The notes beneath the pieces were generated by a model. It was not told the DNA's origin and ran no database searches. It was given only the letters and a program-made list of their open reading frames with translations. The position numbers and the translations under genes were made by a program. Below, piece by piece: positions 33,521-46,597 of a stretch of DNA of 64,000 nt; position 1 is the first letter of the stretch, and every line of letters starts with the position of its first letter. Source of the stretch: Pseudovirgaria hyperparasitica (lineage: Eukaryota); the NCBI GenBank assembly GCA_010093815.1, contig ML996591.1. One strand, given 5' to 3'.

Positions 33521-34393
33521 ATGACAGATCACTTCATATCCACCTTCAAATCGCACGAGGTTTATACGTACACCTTTGGCGATGATCGGGCCAGGCCGAT
33601 ACAGTGCACGGAGGGCCTCAGTCCCAGCTCAAGAAATACGACCGTGCAAGATACCAACACAGCCGACAGTAACTTGTGCACTTCCTATGGCAGCGTGGAT
33701 ACGGGCGCCTCACAGAGTCTGTTTAGCAATCTTCAAGGGAACATCGCGCAAACAGGACTGGGAATCAAGACGTCTATCAATGAGGTGTTCATGCCACTCA
33801 CATCTTTAAGCATGCTCCACGGCGACACTTACCTGTTCAATCATGCGCCGAAGAACGGACAAACAGGCCATATATACTCCCAACCAAATATCGGACCCCC
33901 ATCGGAGCTTAAAAATTACGCAAGCCCTACCTCGGAGCATCAGTCCGTCAAATCAGACAGAGTTGAAGACTTGGACTCTGCTCATGGACGCGAAAGCGCA
34001 GCTCTAGGTCACAGTAGCACTTGGTCTACCTCGCCAGAATCCCAACACAAGCACAAGCCTGTGGCATACACAAGGAGAAAGAAACCCCTGCAAACGGAGG
34101 GGAAGAAACCTGATACGCTTGAGAAGCAACGGAGCCGGAATCGGTTGGCAGCAGAAAGATGCCGCAAGAGACAAGTGAGCAGAATACAAATCTTGGTGGA
34201 CAAGGTGGAGCAGCTTGAAGACCGTAGAGAGACACTATGCGCTGCAGTTGGCTCTCTTAGTTCTCAAGTCCTTGGACTGAAGGAGGAACTTTTGCGTCAT
34301 AACGACTGCGGTTGCGAGAAGATCCAGAGCTACCTCCAGTCTAGAGTGGATCAGCTATTGGAGCATCCACCACATCGCAGGTCGGTTCCTTGA
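33521..34393 (+). CDS. bZIP transcription factor (ATF/CREB, Atf21/AtfB-like)
   Basis: Basic region RSRNRLAAERCRKRQ, leucine heptads, and the family-typical tail LLRHNDCGCEKIQSYL. Confidence 0.88.
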   Translation: MTDHFISTFKSHEVYTYTFGDDRARPIQCTEGLSPSSRNTTVQDTNTADSNLCTSYGSVDTGASQSLFSNLQGNIAQTGLGIKTSINEVFMPLTSLSMLHGDTYLFNHAPKNGQTGHIYSQPNIGPPSELKNYASPTSEHQSVKSDRVEDLDSAHGRESAALGHSSTWSTSPESQHKHKPVAYTRRKKPLQTEGKKPDTLEKQRSRNRLAAERCRKRQVSRIQILVDKVEQLEDRRETLCAAVGSLSSQVLGLKEELLRHNDCGCEKIQSYLQSRVDQLLEHPPHRRSVP

Positions 34394-35845
34394 CATATCT
34401 CCACAGACGACTATCAATGGCGGTGGAAGCTCATCAAGATGGTCAAACACGTCGCAGTGCAGAAGGAGGGAGCAGAACAGACCATAATCGGGATGATCCT
34501 CCTGAGCCTAGACACGCGACCACAATTCGGCAATACAAGCCTAGGGACCCTCCAGTCGACGCTTCGGGCTATTGTGTATTGTCTGATAACAGCATACACT
34601 AAGAAGACACGCATGGGATTGTGCGACCTCATTCGTGTCTCCTCGTTACCCCAGTAGGATTATCACTGGTGGCCAATACTCCGAAGACCTTTGGGAAGAA
34701 ATACTCGCAAGCCATGCGGGAAGATACGCATGGTGAAACAAGACTTCGATCATCGCCCCCGCTGGGAGTCAGCAAGGGGGTACAGGCACCCATGCATACC
34801 AGAGGACTTTTCTCTCTTATACTGTTTGGCGTTGTAGCTTTCGCTCGTCCAGATGCCCATATATTAGAATATCATACTATGTACGCTGTTAGTCGCCAAT
34901 TTCTCAGTTACAACTTACGTAGGGCTATTCACTTCGCAGCGCGCCAATATATCTTATCAATCAAGGTTCAACAGTCAATCATTGGCAATGACCAGGATGT
35001 TCTTCTTTTCACAAGCCAGTCAAGGACGTTAAATGACTTATGGTGCAGCATAGATGAAGTTCAACAACTCAGATAGATCAACATATTCTCTTTCCTCCAT
35101 CCCTCTCTTTTTCTCTCTCTCTCTGCTTGTTCCTATGCTTGTTGCGCCTTCCCGACAGTCTTACTTTGCCATCAATTGGCGCTGGAAACTGGAGCTGTCT
35201 CCGAAGTCACACGATGAAAGTGTGCAGAATGTTGTGCTGCCGGAATCCTCGTCATGTGCGCTTGCTGTCCAGGCCGACTATCTGTACACGAAGCCTTGCA
35301 GGGACTCAAAATCTCCCAGCTCCGGCTAACACGAGCAAGACAATTAGCTATTTGTCTCCTAATCCCTACCTACTTCATTGCTCTTAGTGTCCTTATCCTA
35401 CAAGCATTGAAACAAAGGCAAATACAGCGGGTCCAACAAGCCTCATCTCTGTCCCCACTCAGCACGCAGTTACGAATAACGGTGCTGGGATCACACCACG
35501 ACCATTACACACTTTTCTCGCTCCGGACATTGATTCCTTGCTAATGGTCTCTAACTGGACACGCACCCCTGTTGCACTTCAATCTGCTGGTCCTTGAAGG
35601 TTTGCAGGCTGATCGCCGTGTTCACGCTTCTTCGTTAGGCATGTGCATCGACGAAGCACTAGGATCGTCCAGTTCTTAACTACAAGACCTTCTTATACTT
35701 AAGCGCCCATTTTACTCGAAAGCAAGACTGACTCAATTTTCAACATTTGTGTGTCAATCGCGGCGCAACTGAATCAGACTGAACGTGTGTCCCATTCAAC
35801 AACAGTACCGCCGGCTCATCTTCACTTCCACGCGTTGATAGATAA

Positions 35846-38482
35846 ATGTCTGAACAGAATAGGACCAAATTGGGAGCAAAACGCGAGCTTGCTGGGCGTA
35901 TACAGACGTGTGACATATGCAGACTTCGTCACCAGAAATGCAATGGTGCGAAGCCTTGTTATCATTGTGAGGCCCGCAAACTCGAATGCAAGTACACCAA
36001 CATCCCAACTTCAAAGAACAAAGGTCGCAAAGCCCCCAAAGCCTCAACAACTAGTGAGACTGCCGCAGATCGGGATAGTAGGAGGAATGACTTGGTCATC
36101 CAGACGATTATACAGGAAGAGATTGTTAGTATTCCTAGGTCTGCACGGATGGCTGAGGGAGTGACTGATATTACAGGCTTCTCTACCAATGTCGCAATCA
36201 CAAAGTCAAGAGCTTGTCGAGCGTCTTACTAGAAGAATCTCCAGACGAGCTGCGCCGGTACAAATAAGTCCTCAATCCGATATGACACGCCCTGTTGTCG
36301 TCTCAGCTAGGCCGCAGCATCTAGTTAATGTCCTTGCTCAGCATTTAGCTCACAGGACCAGACAAATGCCACAAAAAGTACTCAAAGAGCTCATAATAGG
36401 CGTATATTCGGGACCTCCTCTCCGTTTACCTACAGCTCTACATCACGACGCACCAAACGAAGCGATGCATACGAAGGAACGGGCGACAAGTTGGATTCAG
36501 TCTCTACTACACGGACCAAATAATCTCATCGGCCTTCTGGACGCTCGCGAGAGTTTAGAGCTTCTGGACAGATTCTATTCGGCGGACAGCATAACACCAG
36601 TAGAAGAATGTATTTTGACATATCAGCTGGCTCTTGGGGCACGCTTGGCGGATGATACGCCTGAATGGGTGCATTATTCTCTATACGACCGAGCGAGGGC
36701 ACAGTTGGAGAGGTGTATAGATTCCGAAGAAGATGATACGTGGGTCATACAAGCTATGCTCTTAAGCTGCATGTACCTCATGAATGCGCGTCCAAAGATT
36801 GGCAGAATACTTATAGGCAAGCTCAATGTGCGATTTGCTGCCTCAAGCTTGAGTTAACATGCAGTACAGGCACGGCAATACGAATCGCACAGCAACATCA
36901 AATTGATTTAGCTTTTCCAGACTCCTCGATACAAGATAAACGAGAATACGATCGGTTGAGGATGATCTGGCGTAGCATCTATTACCTCGATATGTATGTG
37001 CACTCAGCCATGACTGGGCACGCCGTCTAATTGCTCTCAGCTGGAACTCCATTCTGATAGGGTGCTTGCCTCAGCTCAGCGCGACGACAACTCAAGATCC
37101 TTTCCTTCGAGTAAGTCTCAGACAAATTTATGAATAGAAGATGTCAATCTGATTGAACGACCTGCGCAGGACATGGAAAATGATACAGTGGTACCAAATC
37201 AAAGCCTCGCCCACAACACTGCCATGCTTGCAGTCATAACAGGCAAGGCTCTAAGCGATATCTATACAGTCAATAAGATGGAGCCAAAAATGTTCGAGAA
37301 ACATGTACAGTCTCTAAAGAACTGGGCAAAAAGCTTGCCGATAGACATGCAAGTCATAGGCAATAGGGAGACTCATGGTCCTCAGTTGCTCGCGACCGTA
37401 TCTTCGGTATGTTCCATCTACGAATCGCATGCTTGCCATCTGACGATCACTCAGGGATATGCAGAGTTGCTGTATTACGCGTCAAACATGTTCATAACCT
37501 TACCCCCGCTCCAATACTCCCTTTCCGGCACGCATGACCTGCCTATGGGTCTGCATTTCGCTGCATTGACATGGTACGAAGCAAGCAGTCATATCTTCTC
37601 TAGCATATTTATAATGACTTTTCCCCTAGTACAGAATCGGCGATGCGAATAGGTAAGGTTACCAAGGCCTTGCTATCGCAAGGAGTCTTCACCAAGAGAT
37701 CAGATATGCCAATGTATGCACCCACCAGAACCGAGGATATACCTTTACAATCAATCTACTAACACACAAGTAGGGTACTGAACTTCGTTGCGGCTATTGT
37801 TCTGCTCCTAGGCTTGAATATCAAAGATTCTGGATCGAAGTTTGACTTGGATGTGACAACACCAGAATCGAAAAAACCTGGAATGGTGGAAGGACTTAAG
37901 ACGTGTATCGCGAATCTCGAAGAGGGCGCGAGCCAGGATGAACACGTCAAGAGCCTATATCAGATTGCACAGGCATTGAGAGACCTGATGGAAATGGCCG
38001 GCAGTCCTGGTGAGGGCTCATCGGGAGAAACTTCACCGCTCGGGCTTTCAACACACATGTTTTCCTTACAGCAACAGCAAGTCCCACCACGGTCAAGGGA
38101 CCACTCATCCAGCGGTTCGCATTCGCACCCGTCCTTCACACCTCAAGGCATGTATATGCCAGACACTTCACAAGCCTTGAACAACACGCCGACCGTCGGA
38201 GCGCTCGGGCAACCGTCACACCTCCAGTGGCCAGCAAATTCGCCATATAGTCCACACGTGGGGCCTGAATCGATATCAGGGCTTACACCACTGCATTCGG
38301 GCGGCATACTGAGCAATCCCTATACACCAGTGACGTATATGACGGATTTCCAAGACGAGGAACCAGGTGGATACGTGGATGGACGGTTTGCGCATCAAGT
38401 GCCCTACGCTACCAGTTCAGGCGACATGAAATCACCGCTCGATGAGCGGAGAGCGTCCCAATACTCGAACGAATATTACTGA
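35846..38482 (+). CDS. Zn2Cys6 transcription factor with fungal-specific TF (middle homology) domain, multi-exon
   Basis: CDICRLRHQKCNGAKPCYHCEARKLEC; intron 36125-36176; GC-AG intron 36817-36869 restores RILIGTAIRIAQ; RMIWRSIYYLD; further introns to a Ser/Pro/Gln-rich tail. Confidence 0.85.
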
Positions 38483-39337
38483 TGAGTCCGTCATGCGCCG
38501 TAACGAATCTTCTTGTTACATTACACTTCATCATCATAGCTAGTACATCATTCTTTTCGGGGACGCATATCATGCAGCATGGAATGGCATTAACAAATAG
38601 CACTTTTCAACTTTTGTCAATCGCCGACACGCCTGCTCTTCCCAGGCCAGGTCAGGGCCTCCCAGATCATTCCGCGTGTAACCCAAGCCTTTCTCGGATC
38701 GGTCCGACGCATGTAACCCGATGTGGCACCATGATAATCCCATGATCCGCTGTCCTAGCAAAAAAAGCACTGAGGTCTTGTTTTCGGGCTCTTAAGACCT
38801 CGAGCCCCACCAAGTACGCTCTAGTACATCGCAGAGTCTTGGTGTTTGGCATTGTGCTGGGCGACCGCGGAGGTAGACCTCCGTTTCCACAGAGAAGCGG
38901 TGCCAGGAGCATGGGATCGGGCCCGGGTTCGCTGGCAGTCGCGAGATGGAAAAGCGTGGTGGTACCGTGTTCTTGGTGTTTACGAACTTATCCCTGCTCT
39001 TGACCAGACTTGTCATTGTACAATGCAACTTGATACAAGACAGCAAACAAAATGCCGTGTTACGAATTAGCCCTTTGTGGCATCGTGACCTTTTGACAAT
39101 CTGGTACTCTGTCTCGGCTAACCTCGTCTCGAGCATCGTGGATCTTTGACATATTGCTTGATCGCTGTGCTGCCCAATATAATCACGAAGCCTTGGCGAT
39201 CGGAGTATTCGCATGACATCACAGCTCGTCTGGAAATACGCTATCTTCGTATAATTACCACAGAACGAAAAGTGGAAGGTCTAAAACGAAATACAACAGA
39301 GATTCAGTCATAGAGATGCTGAAAACAAAAATTGAAA

Positions 39338-39409
39338 TAGCTCAAAGTGGTTTCGATCCACTGTCCTCCGGGTTATGAGCCCGGCGCGCTTCCGCTGCGC
39401 CATTGAGCT
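39338..39409 (-). tRNA. Initiator tRNA-Met (CAT)
   Basis: Reverse complement AGCTCAATGGCGCAGCGGAAGCGCGCCGGGCTCATAACCCGGAGGACAGTGGATCGAAACCACTTTGAGCTA: A1:U72, GGG/CCC anticodon stem, GATCGAAA T-loop; T5 Pol III terminator just downstream. Confidence 0.97.
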
Positions 39410-39880
39410 GCAACTTCTTCATTTATCGGGGAACGTTGTTTATCTGAAGCGGGATTTCATGTTCTGACTCATATATGGGGCTGACCCACTAAAATGTCAC
39501 CAAAAATTTTCAACTGAGGGCCTTCATTATTATGATAGTCGGCTCATTGGGTATCACTGACCGTTTAATATCTAAATTAATGTGACACTTTGTCACCCCT
39601 GTGCGTTCAGCCAGGGAATTGCTTCGCCCAATCTTATATGGTCCTGTGTCGCTAGCTGTGCCACAGCTCGAGACGTTCCCTACATGATTCGATGCTTTTG
39701 GTAGCTCTCGTAGGTCAACGAAGAGCCAGGTCAGGCTTTGATTGACGTATTGTTGAGTACAACACCTGAATCCGATCTCAGCTAGAAGAGCATAGAAGGT
39801 CTAAGAGACCTACCTTTGTGAGCTCGGAGGAAGTTCGAGAGTGACTATCCTTATTGCTTAAATGTCTCATCTGAAATCAA

Positions 39881-40556
39881 CTACCTTCCAGCCCATGGTA
39901 CCTCCCCTCTGCCGAAGCCACTGAGTGTAAGTCCTCCTTTGCTTTCATTCACCGGCCTCTTAGCAACCTTTCCTTGGCTTCGCACGCCTTCAACCACTTT
40001 GTCAAGCCCAGTCTCTACGACCACACCCCCAACTATCATCTCACCCAGCGTGGCATGGAGCGTCTCGAAATTGAAAATGAGATCCAGTTCGCAGACGTTC
40101 TCAAACAAGCGATCAAGAGCTTCCACGAAGACTTGTATGAAGTCAAGGAGGGCAAGAGGTGATTCGGTCGATGTGGATATGACGATAAAGTACAACGTGG
40201 CATAATGTCGATACGTAACGAGGGATGGTGTATCATTGTGTTGAGCGCCCGGCGTAGTTGATTTGCTGCTGTTGGCCAATAGGGGCGGAAGACCATAAGG
40301 CTGTCAATCTAGCTGCTGGAACTTGGTAGAAGGGCTCACATACGGGAGAAAGTTACATGACGAATTTGGACGATTGGCTACAAGCGTAAATATTTCTGAT
40401 ATCAAGCGCTGCTGGACGCTTGTTTCCTTGGCGTTGTCAGTATAGTTCTACCAGATACTGTCAGAGGTCCTGGGGTGTGAAACCAACCAGTTGTGTATAG
40501 AATTTGGTCAGACGAGGCTGGCCCGAGTTGTTAAAGACCAGCACGGCGTTGATCAT
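39881..40556 (-). CDS. APS3: AP-3 adaptor complex sigma subunit
   Basis: MINAVLVFNNSGQPRLTKFYTQL, two introns, YRHYATLYF, ESPLALLDFIQVFVEALDRLFENVCELDLIFNF. Confidence 0.93.
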
Positions 40557-40778
40557 CGCGATGCTCTGTTATGCGCATCCAAGCTGGACGATGAGATTGA
40601 TGTTTAATTAACTTGGTGGGAGGGGTACCTAGCTTGTGCCCCAAGCTCCTTCTTACTTACATCACTTGCTCAAGTCGCGTTGCAGGTTGATATTCTCTAT
40701 CGCAGCACAAGACATCACAGTCCATTCTAATAATTGAAGAGAACTTACTGAAGGACTTACATCTAAACTTCAATCGCC

Positions 40779-41486
40779 ATGACCTTCACCGCCACTTCGC
40801 TCCCAAGAGCATCAAGGCTACTACTCCGACGAACCCGAAGCATTAAGCTCTCAGAGCTTCCTCCCAAAGCGTCAACACGAACTGTCGCACCTGCTTATAC
40901 ACAGCATGTCTCTTCGAATATCAGCGTACAGATTGTGTCAGCCACACGTCCCTTTCACACGTTTCGCGCCCGGCAAGGGCTCATGCCCGATGCCGAGAAC
41001 CCTGCACCGAAAGAGAGCGAGCCTATGGAACATGCCACGCAGCCAACAAACCTTACAACGGATGATTATCACAAACATGCCGATGCCTACTTGAACGAGC
41101 TTGTCGAGAAGCTTGAAGAATCCCAAGAGACTAGCTCGGAAATTGACGTGGAGTATTCAGTAAGGAAGACCTATTGAATACGGTGATAAGATTCGCTCGC
41201 TAATCATCATTTTGCTTAGGCCGGCGTCCTCACTGTCGAAATAGTGGGTAGAGGCTCCTATGTACTCAACAAGCAACCACCGAACAAACAGATTTGGCTC
41301 AGTTCGCCGATCTCTGGGCCCAAACGATTCGATTGGGTTACGCTGGGCGAATCTATGGAGCACAAGGAAGGTTCTGGGACAGGAGACTGGGTATGTTTGA
41401 GAGACGGCAGCAGTCTTACGGACATCATTCAGAAGGAACTTGGGGTCCAGGTAGGAGCTGCAGAAACCGTCTACGGAGAGCAGTGA
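40779..41486 (+). CDS. YFH1: Frataxin, mitochondrial
   Basis: Arg-rich presequence; YHKHADAYL; intron 41161-41219; [26 protein letters not shown]. Confidence 0.95.
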
Positions 41487-42039
41487 TCCATGTGTAACAA
41501 ACTTTCCCAGGCGAGAGCATAGCGAGCATCGAATGTACTATACTGTTTCTCTGTAGAAAATGCTACAGAACTCTACATACGCGTGCCTATATGTCGAATT
41601 TGGTCCATTTCCCGGCTCGGTTCGAGTTCGAGCTCCTGGACCAGTACAGCTTTTCTGGTTAAGCTCGTAGTAGAGTAGATCCGGGCTTCTTTCACGCCGA
41701 GCTTTGTCGATTTTCATACTCTTTTCCAACCCTCACCGGGCGTCGTACATTCTTAGTTGGGCTGGGCTTGAGTAGCGCCCGGAAGTTTGAAGCACCATAG
41801 AGCGCCTCGGGATCCATGCCATGATATGACTGGATGTGGTGCGCAGTCGGGCTGGAAGAGGTGATATAATGTGCAGGTCGGAGCGACAGAACCTTTAAGA
41901 CATCAGATCGGACGTGGACATGCCCGCGCTCTTACTACGAGCGTTCGCTCCTAAGGCACCATCCTTAGAGCGTATAGTCGTGCCTGATCCTCGAGGAAAG
42001 GCGAAATCATCATCTAGCTCTGCAGAACCATAGCAGCAC

Positions 42040-42382
42040 TCAAACAGCGACAGCAACAGGTTTGACAATCTCCTCCTTGGGCGCCTCCTCTTCCGGATCC
42101 TCTCTCTCTTCCTTCGGCAGTGTATCCTTTTGGCAAAATACACGTTAGCTCTCCCAACGTTATAAGTGCCCTGACTCCCAGTCGATTATCACTCACCATG
42201 TCGTATATAACTTTAATCATGAGACTACAGCTCGGACAGACGCCCACATCTTCCCCTTCTCTCAGGTCGCCGATGGAGATCTCGAAGCGGTCGCCGCAGG
42301 GGCATGGGTAGTGGTAGATTTGCAGCGTTTCGTCGTATGTCATGTCTTCGATTTCGATCTCGTCGTAGAAGGAGTCGGCCAT
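42040..42382 (-). CDS. DPH3: Diphthamide biosynthesis protein 3 / Kti11 (CSL zinc finger)
   Basis: [28 protein letters not shown]; intron 42196-42127; short acidic exon 2. Confidence 0.95.
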
Positions 42383-42657
42383 GGCTACGGTCCTGGATAT
42401 CTTCGCGCACCGGGGAAGTGGCTGTGTCTGTTATGGGTGAGCGGAAAGTAAGTAAGGGAAATGGGATCTGGGATAAATTTTGGCAACGATGCGCGCCGGT
42501 GGCGGAAATAAGCCGGTGTTTGCGGGGAGGGGTTGAAAGCCTCAGGCATCACAGCATTGTATTATATGAAGTTTGAATCTCAACCGAATCTTTTTGACCA
42601 CTATCGTCCTATATGTACAAAGTGCTCTTGCACAGAAACAAAATTGTACGAAATGCC

Positions 42658-44980
42658 TTAGTCATCGCCATCGGCATAACTAACAGCAGCCTTATTAGCC
42701 CTCACACTTCTCCGCTTTGGCGCAGTAGCTGTTCCTTTCCCCTTTGCTCGGCTGCTAGCTGGCTCGTCTTCAGCACTCAGGTCGCTTGGAGGCTCTGAGA
42801 CAACGTCTTCCGCATCAGATGTGGACGGCGTTATGATTGCTTTAGTAACACTCTTCTTTGGCGCAGTTTTCTTTGTGGCAGCCTTGTTGGAAGTAGCAGA
42901 CTTCTTCGACTTCACTGGTGTCTCCGTAGGAAGTTCCTCATCTTTCATTGAGGTTGAAGCTGCCATAGCTGTTGTTGTTGTTGCTCTACGCTTCTTAGCA
43001 GCCGGAGTCTCATCGGGCTCTTTCTTTTTCACTTCGCGCTTCTTGGGACGTAGCCACTCTTCCATACCTGGCGGCCAATAGACGCGACCTTCAGGACCGC
43101 CCATTCCTACTTCATGCTCGGGGATAGGGATGCGAGGTGCTGGTTCCTCTTCTTCAGCGTCGTCTACATCTTCCTCGGCAGTGCTATCCTTCTTTTTCCT
43201 CTTAGGCGTTTTCTTCTTCTTAGGAGCACGTACTGGCTTGTTGTCGTCGTTACGTACATGGGGAATGATATCATTGAACGTCTCGTAGCCAGGGAGCTTG
43301 AACGTGCGCATGAGCTCAAACACGGCTTGTTCCTTGTCTTTGGCCTCGATCATCAAGTCCATATCATGTGGGCAAGGGGGCATGGTCATCACCCTTGGCG
43401 AGTGCTTCCGTCTTTGCCTCTTCGTGATAGCTGCTGGTGTGGGCTCTGAGTAGTGCATTTTCTGTGTGATACCCTTGCGCTTCCATGTTTCTGTAATTGC
43501 CGGGTACAGATCAATAATGTCTTGGGTACCTTCCCGAAGCTTAGTTTCATCAAAGATGATGTTGTGATGATGGTAGTCTAGGACTAGCGGGATGTTCAAC
43601 TCTTGACATACTGGAAGCAAGTCATGGACGGACCAAATAACGTCGTCGTTCTCCAATACCAAGCGATTTTTGACGCTTTGTGACAGCTTCGCATAGTTCT
43701 CGCGGAAGCGATCTAAGGTTGCAGCTTTGTCGCCAAACATACCACCCATGTGTAGTATTAGGACTGCGTCCTTGTCCTGTTGAGGTGGCAGGTTCAACAA
43801 AGTAAGAAGTTCATCATGAAATTCGAGATCCCGGAAGGAGCCATCAATAACAGACTTGCGTGGACTTCCCAGCTGTGTGAATTGTCCAGGATGCATGGTC
43901 ACTCTGTGACCCAACTCAGCTATGACTTTACCGGCCTCTGCCAGAGTCTCGGACGCAAATGGTGCAAGCTTATATCCATACTCTTCATGAGAGGCGAAAG
44001 GGAACATTTCGGAACTCAAGCGCATGAATCTGATTCCGTAGCGGTCGTTCCATCGCACCATCTTGATGATGTCTCTAGCATTCGCAAGGCCGATGTCTTC
44101 AACATACTTCTGACCTCGCCTGAGGTCAGCAGGTAGATCTTTATTGGGCCGGTTTTTGGTAGCATGTTCAGGTTGCGTTGGATCAACTAGAGGGTGTCTG
44201 TGCTCCAAAATTGAGGCAATGCGGCAGGTACGAGAACAGAAGACTGGAGGATTTGAGTACCGTAGGTAGGTGTTCAAACAAGCCTGTGATCATTGATTAG
44301 GTGCATATTTGGGACCAAGACAAGGGACTTACGAATCCTAACCGACCTTTCCAAGGTAATGGCAATACAGAGCTATTCACAGGCGGAGGTCGTGTGAGAG
44401 CTTCCTGTAGCTCTTCCTCGTCTGCCTCCTCGAGCGCATCATCTTCTGGGTCGACGTTCGGCGTCGCAGGCTCTTTCTTTACGGCATTATTGATGTTCTG
44501 CGAAGAATGACTGTTCTTCGTGGGATCTATAACTGTTTTCTTGGGCTTAGATGCTTTCTTTGGCTTCTTAGCGACCGCTTCTTCAGTACTCTCGGCGAGT
44601 GACGACAGCTCGGACATAGGCGTCTCTTCGCGCTTCACTCGTTTAGGGGCAACATTGCGATTGACTTCGTTATCAGGAGAGGCACGAAGTGCGTTTGGTC
44701 CATCCACTATCTCTCTGTTCTCATCAGGATTGAACAGGGATTTGTTAGTGGCACTCCGCCGAGAAGATCGCCGCGAGAGCGTGGGTTCCGTCGTGTCATT
44801 TTTTGGAGGCGGTATTGGTGTTCGGGAGACGCGTGCTTGATTGACGCCGTTCGGCAGTGGTATCGCAGTAGTACTGCCAGCACCAACTTCGATGCCAGCT
44901 GCGGAAGAACGTTTTCGTTTTGCCATAATGATTGTTGTATGACGAGCTCGGAAACTTGCTCTAGTAAAAGACCGAAGCAT
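42658..44980 (-). CDS. uve1: UV-damage endonuclease (UVDE)
   Basis: PLPWKGRLGF / intron 44332-44284 / ACLNTYLR; RLSSEMFPFASH, HPGQF, LENDD, DYHHH, KMHYSE, DLMIEAKDKEQAV. Confidence 0.95.
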
Positions 44981-45214
44981 AGAAATCTAAGAAGCAAAAG
45001 ACACAAGCTGCGAGGAGAGTATATTGCTTGGAAATAGCGAACCGCACTGCATTAAGCCAATGACTTAAAAGGAGATTGGAGGTCTATGCTTGGGGAATAT
45101 GACGAACTCGATCAAGCTACAAAACGGAAAGGTTGTATTATGGATGAGCACGCGGGTGAATCTTGCGGATCAAACAGATCTGTCGAGTAATGCTCATCGC
45201 TACGCCCACTAGAA

Positions 45215-45227
45215 ACGCGTGACGTCA
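45215..45227. promoter_or_regulatory. Overlapping MCB (ACGCGT) and CRE (TGACGTCA) elements in the UVDE/NFU1 divergent promoter
   Basis: ACGCGTGACGTCA seen directly, ~235 bp upstream of the UVDE ATG. Confidence 0.5.
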
Positions 45228-45617
45228 ATGAATCTTCTTTTCGGGCTGGGCAGCGGGCGAGCAGCGCGTTCTGGCACCAGGTGGGCTAGAGACTGGTCAA
45301 CCTTTCATACAACATCTGACAACAGGTTGCATATCATAGCTTGTAGTCTATAGTCGGGAGAACTACCCGAATGCCTCATCTGGACTTGGGAGTTGTAGAA
45401 TTCCTTCACTGGAACTGGTCCAAAACCCAAACGAGTCAGAAGATCACGTTCCAGGTTCTGCGTCGGCCGTGTTCTGCTGAGTAATACAGAAGGTGCATTG
45501 AAATTACATCACCGCCCGAGGTGTTCACCCTCGACAATAGGATAGACCAAAACTCGTGCCTTCATTTCTGAACTCCGCTTGAGCGCATCAGGTCGATCTA
45601 CATCCGAGCGTACGACT

Positions 45618-46597
45618 ATGGCCTCCAGATCTGTTCCGCGACACGCTCTGCAATGTCTTTACAAGCGACCGTTGACTTCTGCAGCGGAGGCTCCGAAGCG
45701 CATATTATCGACTCAGGCTTCAGCACGATGTCTACATGCCTCCGCAAGAACGTCGCCTCTCGGACCCTCGCAATACCGGCCTTCAATTCCACAGAGACCT
45801 ATCGCCAAAAACAGTCTACAGTCCCGACGAACGATATTCATACAGACTGAGACCACTCCGAATGAAGACGTAAGTTTGAATATAGAATGTTGCATCAAAG
45901 CTAACATCTTTAGGCTCTAAAATTCAATCCGAACACGCGGGTACTACCAGAGACAATCAGCTCAGGATTCCTTGAATACCTAAATCCTCGATCCACGCTT
46001 GCGCCTCCTCACCCTTCCCCACTCGCCGCAAAACTTATGGCAGTCGATGGCGTAACATCGGTATTCTTTGGTGTAGACTACATAACTGTTACAAAAGACA
46101 GCGCAACGCCATGGGCACACGTGAAACCAGAAGTGTTCAGTATTATCAATGAATTTGTTCTCTCTGGCCAGCCAATGGTTAAATCAGTCGAAGATAAAGC
46201 CGGAGAACAAGGACAAGAGTCTTCGGAACAAGATAGCCTCGCATACAATGAGAATGATAGCGAGACTGTTAGCATGATCAAGGAACTCTTGGATACTAGG
46301 ATCAGGCCTGCGATCCAAGAAGATGGGGGCGATCTTGAATTCCGGGGCTTTGTTAACGGGCAGGTCTTGCTGAAGCTTGTAGGGGCTTGTCGCACGTGTG
46401 ACTCAAGTACAGTCACGTTGAGAAATGGCATTGAAGGAATGCTGATGCACTACATTGACCAAGTGCAGGGCGTTCAGCAGGTTATGGACCAAGAGGAAGA
46501 AATCGCAATGCGGGAGTTTGCAAAGTTTGAAGAAAAACTGAAGGAGACAAAAGGCGCGGCAGCCATCGCAGCAAGTCCCCTGGATGCCGCCCCTTGA
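45618..46597 (+). CDS. NFU1: Mitochondrial Fe-S cluster carrier NFU1
   Basis: Presequence, IFIQTETTPNED / intron 45870-45913 / ALKF; IRPAIQEDGGD and GACRTCDSS (CxxC). Confidence 0.95.

Noticed and set aside
33521..38482. bZIP and Zn2Cys6 genes as members of the PKS cluster
   Set aside because: Separated from the PKS by 17-20 kb and by housekeeping genes; no direct evidence of linkage.
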